DNA of 64,000 nt from Octopus vulgaris (lineage: Eukaryota), in contig OX597818.1 of assembly GCA_951406725.2 (NCBI GenBank), forward strand, positions 38,998,001 through 39,062,000, given 5' to 3'. The notes under the pieces were generated by a model, which worked only from the letters and a program-made list of their open reading frames with translations, was not told the DNA's origin and made no database searches. Position numbers and translations under genes: made by a program. Every line of letters starts with the position of its first letter. Within the stretch, counting starts at the first letter, position 1. Shown piece after piece: positions 1 to 64,000 of the stretch.

Positions 1-332
1 AGATCTCCAGATTCAAATTCTTGGACACCCAGAATGCTCTCGTTTATATTTAGTGTATCACACACAAATTCCACTATCAGGACAATATCTTGCTCACAGT
101 TCTCTCATGATATAATATTTAAATGCTTTTCTTAAGCCTCAAAGATCTGTAAAGAATGCTTGTCTTTGTTTTCATGATATTAAGACAGTTTCCACCACCC
201 CAGATATGATGCAGTTCATATCAAGATACACTGAGACATCGTAGTATGAAATGTTTAACTCAGAAATACAGTGAAGTATATTAATAGATTTGAAAATTTT
301 ATATATTTTGTAAGTATAGACGCAAGCACAAA

Positions 333-720
333 TAGGCACAGCTGTGGCTGTGAGGTCAAGAAGCTTGCTTTACTGCCATATAGCTTCCAGTTCAGTCCTA
401 CTTCATGGCACCTTGGCAAAGTGCTTTTTACTTTAGCCCCAGTCAAGCAAAGCTTCGTGAGTGCATTTGATTAATGGTAATTGAAAGAAACCTACCTTAT
501 ATATATTCATGTGTGTGTGTTTGTGTGTGTGTGTGTGCATGTGTATGTGTGTGTTTGTTCGTATTTCTTTGTCCTGACACCATGTGATAATTGTAAATGA
601 GTGTCACTGTCACACAAGCAGTGTTGGTGACAAGAAGTGTATCTAGCCATTGAGAACCTGCCTCAATAAACACCTGATAACTCAGATGCAATCATGGAAA
701 AGTAGATGTTCAAATTATGA
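333..720 (+). mobile_element. Degenerate tRNA-derived SINE (family B head)
   Basis: Diverged match to the head of 21308-21700 (ttcagtcc..tggcaccttgg.caagtg), internal (TG)n; boundaries approximate. Confidence 0.55.
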
Positions 721-883
721 TTTTACTATTATCTGTATTGTCACACAAAGTTGTGAGAATAGTTGCTTCCAACAAGGTTTGCTTAAATATGTAATATTAA
801 GTTGAAAGAAAGATCTGAACTCATGTATATAGAGTGACCTAAAATTTAAAAACTGACGATTTTATTTGTCTTTCTCTTTTTAG

Positions 884-60106
<59,223 letters not shown>

Positions 60107-60263
60107 GTAAGATTTTAAAATAATTTATAAATGTTCATAATTGTAAAAGTTTTTTGGTATGCATCTGTATATAATGAAATGATGTGTACATATGTGCTAA
60201 TATGTACATAGCATGTGTGTGTATGTATTTATGTATCTATCTTTCTTCCTTCTTTCCTTTCTT

Positions 60264-60299
<36 letters not shown>

Positions 60300-60319
60300 T
60301 AGTGAAAGATAGCTATGGC

Positions 60320-60497
60320 CAGTTCATGGAGTTTTGTGAGGCCCAACGTTTGATGGTCATGCTTGACTACCTCATCCCAAATCTTCCTAGGTCTACCTCT
60401 ACCCTGGATTCCTTCAACTGTTTGGGAGTGGCACTTCTTCACACATATCTCCTCATTCATCCATAGTACATGACCATTCCAGCGCAAACGTCTCTCT

Positions 60498-60502
<5 letters not shown>
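60320..60502 (-). mobile_element. RTE ORF2 C-terminal fragment
   Basis: QERRLRWNGHVLWMNEE..VKKC....VEG..GRGRPRKIWDEVVKHD.QTLGLT. Confidence 0.85.
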
Positions 60503-60535
<33 letters not shown>

Positions 60536-60541
<6 letters not shown>

Positions 60542-60819
60542 CAAAATAAGCAACAAGGATATCCAATGGTAGTGTAGTACAATCGTTTCATGCAACTTCA
60601 TTTAATTAAACAATGCAAGTATTACATCAGTTTTAAAATGTAGAGCAATCTTCAGCTGCCTATGGAATTGTCAATTCAACTAAAAAATTCCATATGCAGC
60701 TGAAGATTGCTCTACATTTTAGAACTGATGTAATACTTGCATTGTTTAATTAAATGAAGTCACATGAAACGATTGTACTACACTACCATTGGATATCCTT
60801 GTTGCTTATTTTGATTATA
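60536..60819. repeat. Fold-back element (~135-bp arms) with a hammerhead-like core in each arm
   Basis: Near-perfect inverted arms 60536-60670 / 60686-60819; + arm GCAG CTGAAGA TTGC...GAAAC GATT GTA CTAC. Confidence 0.85.
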
Positions 60820-60922
60820 ATCACCCCATTTGATTTATAGGGATAATACCATAACAAATTCTAGTGCCTTTAACTTACGTACCATATTCAACTGAATCTA
60901 AATTTTTACTGAACTTGTATAT

Positions 60923-62090
60923 ATCATCATCATCATCATCGTTTAGCGTCCGTTTTCCATGCTAGCATGGGTTGGATGGGTCAACTGGGGTCTGTGAAGC
61001 TGGAAGGCTTCGTCAGGCCCAGTCAGATCTGGCAGTGTTTCTACGGCTGGATGCCCTTCCTAACGCCAACCACTCCGCGAGTGTAGTGGGTGTTTTTACG
61101 TGCCACCTGCACAGGTGCCAGACAGAGCTGGTGAACGGCCACGAACGGATGGTGCTTTTACATGTCACCGGCTCGGGGCCAGGCGATGCTGGCAACGGAC
61201 ACGAACGGATGGTGCTTTTACGTGCCACCGACACGGGGCCAGACAGAGCTGGCAACCGGCCACGAACGGACGGTGCTTTTACGTGTCACCGGCACGGGGG
61301 CCAGCCGAGGCTGGCAACGGATGCGAACGGATGGTGCTTTTACGTGCCACCGACACAGTTGCCAGACAGAGCTGGCAAACGGCCACGAACGGACGGTGCT
61401 TTTACGTATCACCGGCACGGGGGCCAGCCGAGGCTGGCAACGGACGCGAACAGATGGTGCTTTTACGTGCCACCGACACGGTTGCCAGACAGAGTTGGCA
61501 AACGGCCACGAGCGGACGGTGCTTTTACGTGTCACCGGCACGGGGGCCAGCCGAGGCTGGCAACGGACACGGACGGATGGTGCTTTTACGTGCCACCGTC
61601 ACGGGGCCAGACAGAGCTGGCAAATGGCCACGAACGGATGGTGCTTTTACGTGCCACCGACACGGGGCCAGACAGAGCTGGCCAACGGCCACGAACGGAC
61701 GGTGCTTTTACGTGTCACCGGCACGGGGCCAGGCGAGGCTGGCAACGTACACGTACGGATGGTGCTTTTACGTGCCACCGACACGGGGCCAGGCAGAGCT
61801 GGCCAACGGCCATGAGCGAATGGTGCTTTTACGTATCACCGGCATGGGTGCCAGACGAGGCTGACAGCGGACACGAACAGATGGGTCACTTAACCCCTGC
61901 TTTCTGATATATGATTTGATTTTGATTGTTCTCACTGGTCTTGCCGGGTCTTCTCACGCACAGCATACTTCCATAGGTCTCGGTCTCTGGTCATTTCCTT
62001 GGTGAGACCTAGAGTTCGAAGGTCGTGCTTCACCACCTCGACCCAGGTTTTCCTGGGTCTACCTCTTCCACAGGTCCCCTCAACTGCCAG
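60923..62090 (-). mobile_element. RTE LINE 3' end (family C) with 13 x ~61-bp repeat array in the 3' UTR
   Basis: AVEGTCGRGRPRKTWVEVVKHDLRTLGLTKEMTRDRDLWKYAVREKTRQDQ* (stop 61932-61934), array ~61089-61880, conserved 3' block, (GAT)n. Confidence 0.92.
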
Positions 62091-62091
62091 G

Positions 62092-62134
<43 letters not shown>

Positions 62135-62153
62135 CTATATGTACGTTTGTAAG

Positions 62154-62186
<33 letters not shown>

Positions 62187-62444
62187 TAAAGACTGAAGTT
62201 TATCATGTATCATAAGCCTTTAATCAATATTTGAACTCAGTTTCAAGAAGCTTCAGCTGCTAATAAAGTATATAAACTCTGATTTATTTCAGTTGAAAAA
62301 CTGAACACATTCCTCCCAAACATTTAAAAGCACAAAAATTCACTAATCCATCCATCCATCCATCCATCCATCCAGCAATCTATTTACCCATGCATCTGTC
62401 CATCCATTCTTCTGAATGTTTTGTGCATCCATCCATCCATACAT

Positions 62445-62830
62445 CGTGCCACTCTGTCGGTTACGATGACAAGGGTGCCAGTTGATCTGATCAATGGAAC
62501 AGCCTGCTCGTGAAATTATCGTGCATGTGGCTGAGCACTCCACAGACACATCATCATCATCATCATCGTCGTTTAACACGTGTATCCTTAATGTAGTTCT
62601 CGAGGAGATTCAGTGTGACACAGTGTGTGACAAGGCTGGCTCTTTGAAATACAGGAAGAAAGAGTGAGAGAAAGTTGTGGTGAAAGAGTACAGCAGGGTT
62701 CACCATCACCCCCTGCCAGAGCCTCATAGAGCTTTAGGTGTTTTCACTAAATAAACGCTCACAACACTCAGTCTGGGAATCAAAACTGCAATCCTACAAC
62801 TGCAAGTCCACAGGGCCATTGCACCTCCAC
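62445..62830 (-). mobile_element. SINE family D, tail type 2
   Basis: Colinear with 22568-22955, with an internal (CAT)n cgtttaac insertion. Confidence 0.85.
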
Positions 62831-62869
62831 ATATCTATACATATATACACATAACCTAAGCCAGGGAGT

Positions 62870-63362
62870 GTAACCAGCATGCTTATGCATACCTTCCCTT
62901 CATTGGACACTGCTTGCGAAGACCTGTTGAGGCAAGTGAAATCGGAATCGAAATCAAATTTGATGACTGGCATCCGTGCTAGCGGAGCACTAGGAGCACC
63001 ATCTGAGCATGATCGTTGCCAGAGCAGCTAACTGGCATTCGTGCTGGTGGCATGTAAAAAGCACCAATCGAGCATGATTGTTACCAGCGTCGCCTTACTG
63101 GCACTTGAACCAGTGTGCAGGTGACATGTAAAGAAAAAAAAACACGATTTTCCATGACTGTTGCCAGTACTGCCTGACTGGCCCTCGTGCTGGTGGCACG
63201 TAAAAGCACCCACTATACTCTTGGAGTGGTTGGCATTAGGAAGAGCATCCAGCTGTAGAAACCATGCCAAATCAAGATTGGAGCCTGGTGCGGCCATCTG
63301 GTTCACCAGTCCTCAGTCAAATCATCCAACCCATGCTAGTTAAACGATGATGATGATGATGA
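62870..63362 (+). mobile_element. Family C element
   Basis: Colinear with 43810-44318. Confidence 0.88.
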
Positions 63363-63617
63363 CATACATTGCATATATTACAGACATAACATACATACAA
63401 GCAAATGAACATTGGTCCAATATTTCCCCAAAACTCCTACCAAGTGTAAATATAAGAAACCTGATATATCTATTTGGGTCAGAAGACCAAAATTATGTAC
63501 ATTATGAAGTTAGCTGTTATGCTGATGCATATTCTATTGAAGTTAGGTGAAACAAAAATTTAAAATGATTAAAAAGACAAATAAAAGCTCCTGATTTAAA
63601 ATGTAAGCATAACAATT

Positions 63618-64000
63618 ATCCATCCATCCACCCATCAATCCACCCAAACCTACCTACCTACCTATCTATCCACCTGCATAACTACCTACTTACTGACATA
63701 CATACCTACCTATCTACCCACCTATCTACCCGCCTATCTACCCACCAATCTACCTACCTATCTATTTACCTACTCACATCTCTACCTAGCTACCTACCTG
63801 TCTACACACCTACCTGCCTATCTACCTACCTATCTACCTACCTACTTATCTATTCACCTGCATATCTACCTACATATCTACATACATACCTACCTATCTA
63901 CGCACCTATCTACCCACCTATCTACCTACCTATCTACTTACCTACCTATATATCTACCTACATATCTACCTAGCTACCCACCTGTCTACACACCTACCTA
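63618..64000. repeat. (TACC/TATC)n degenerate tetranucleotide repeat
   Basis: Direct inspection. Confidence 0.93.

Noticed and set aside
61089-61880. CRISPR array
   Set aside because: Eukaryotic intron; the apparent spacers are themselves repeated (two alternating types); no cas genes; it lies in an RTE 3' UTR.
60972-61907. 311-aa, 254-aa and 217-aa overlapping ORFs
   Set aside because: They are open only because of a GC-rich tandem repeat, are open in all three frames, and have no splice context or protein family signal.

Overview
This is AT-rich animal genomic DNA. The SINE, RTE and microsatellite content suggests a cephalopod, probably Octopus (inference from recalled repeat families). 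The whole window lies inside one large + strand cadherin-superfamily gene. I assembled 28 GT-AG exons (884-60106, 4190 nt, about 1396 aa) that splice into one open frame with consistent phases, covering about 12 complete extracellular cadherin (EC) repeats plus two partial ones; neither start nor stop is in the window. From exon 14 onward the Ca2+-binding linker DxNDN is replaced by V/I-x-R-N, LDRE/LDYE disappears, and each repeat is encoded by a regular pair of phase-0 exons. Introns carry tRNA-derived SINEs (several with TSDs), RTE and CR1-group LINE remnants, mariner/piggyBac/hAT/Helitron-type elements and long microsatellites. The most notable observation is a near-identical 485-bp tandem array (52821-54296) in which each unit carries a type I hammerhead ribozyme fold on the - strand, resembling a retrozyme or Penelope pseudo-LTR array. 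About nine more degenerate hammerhead motifs sit mostly in (TA)n-associated fold-back elements. All folds and alignments were done by eye; most ORFs in the supplied track are repeat artefacts.
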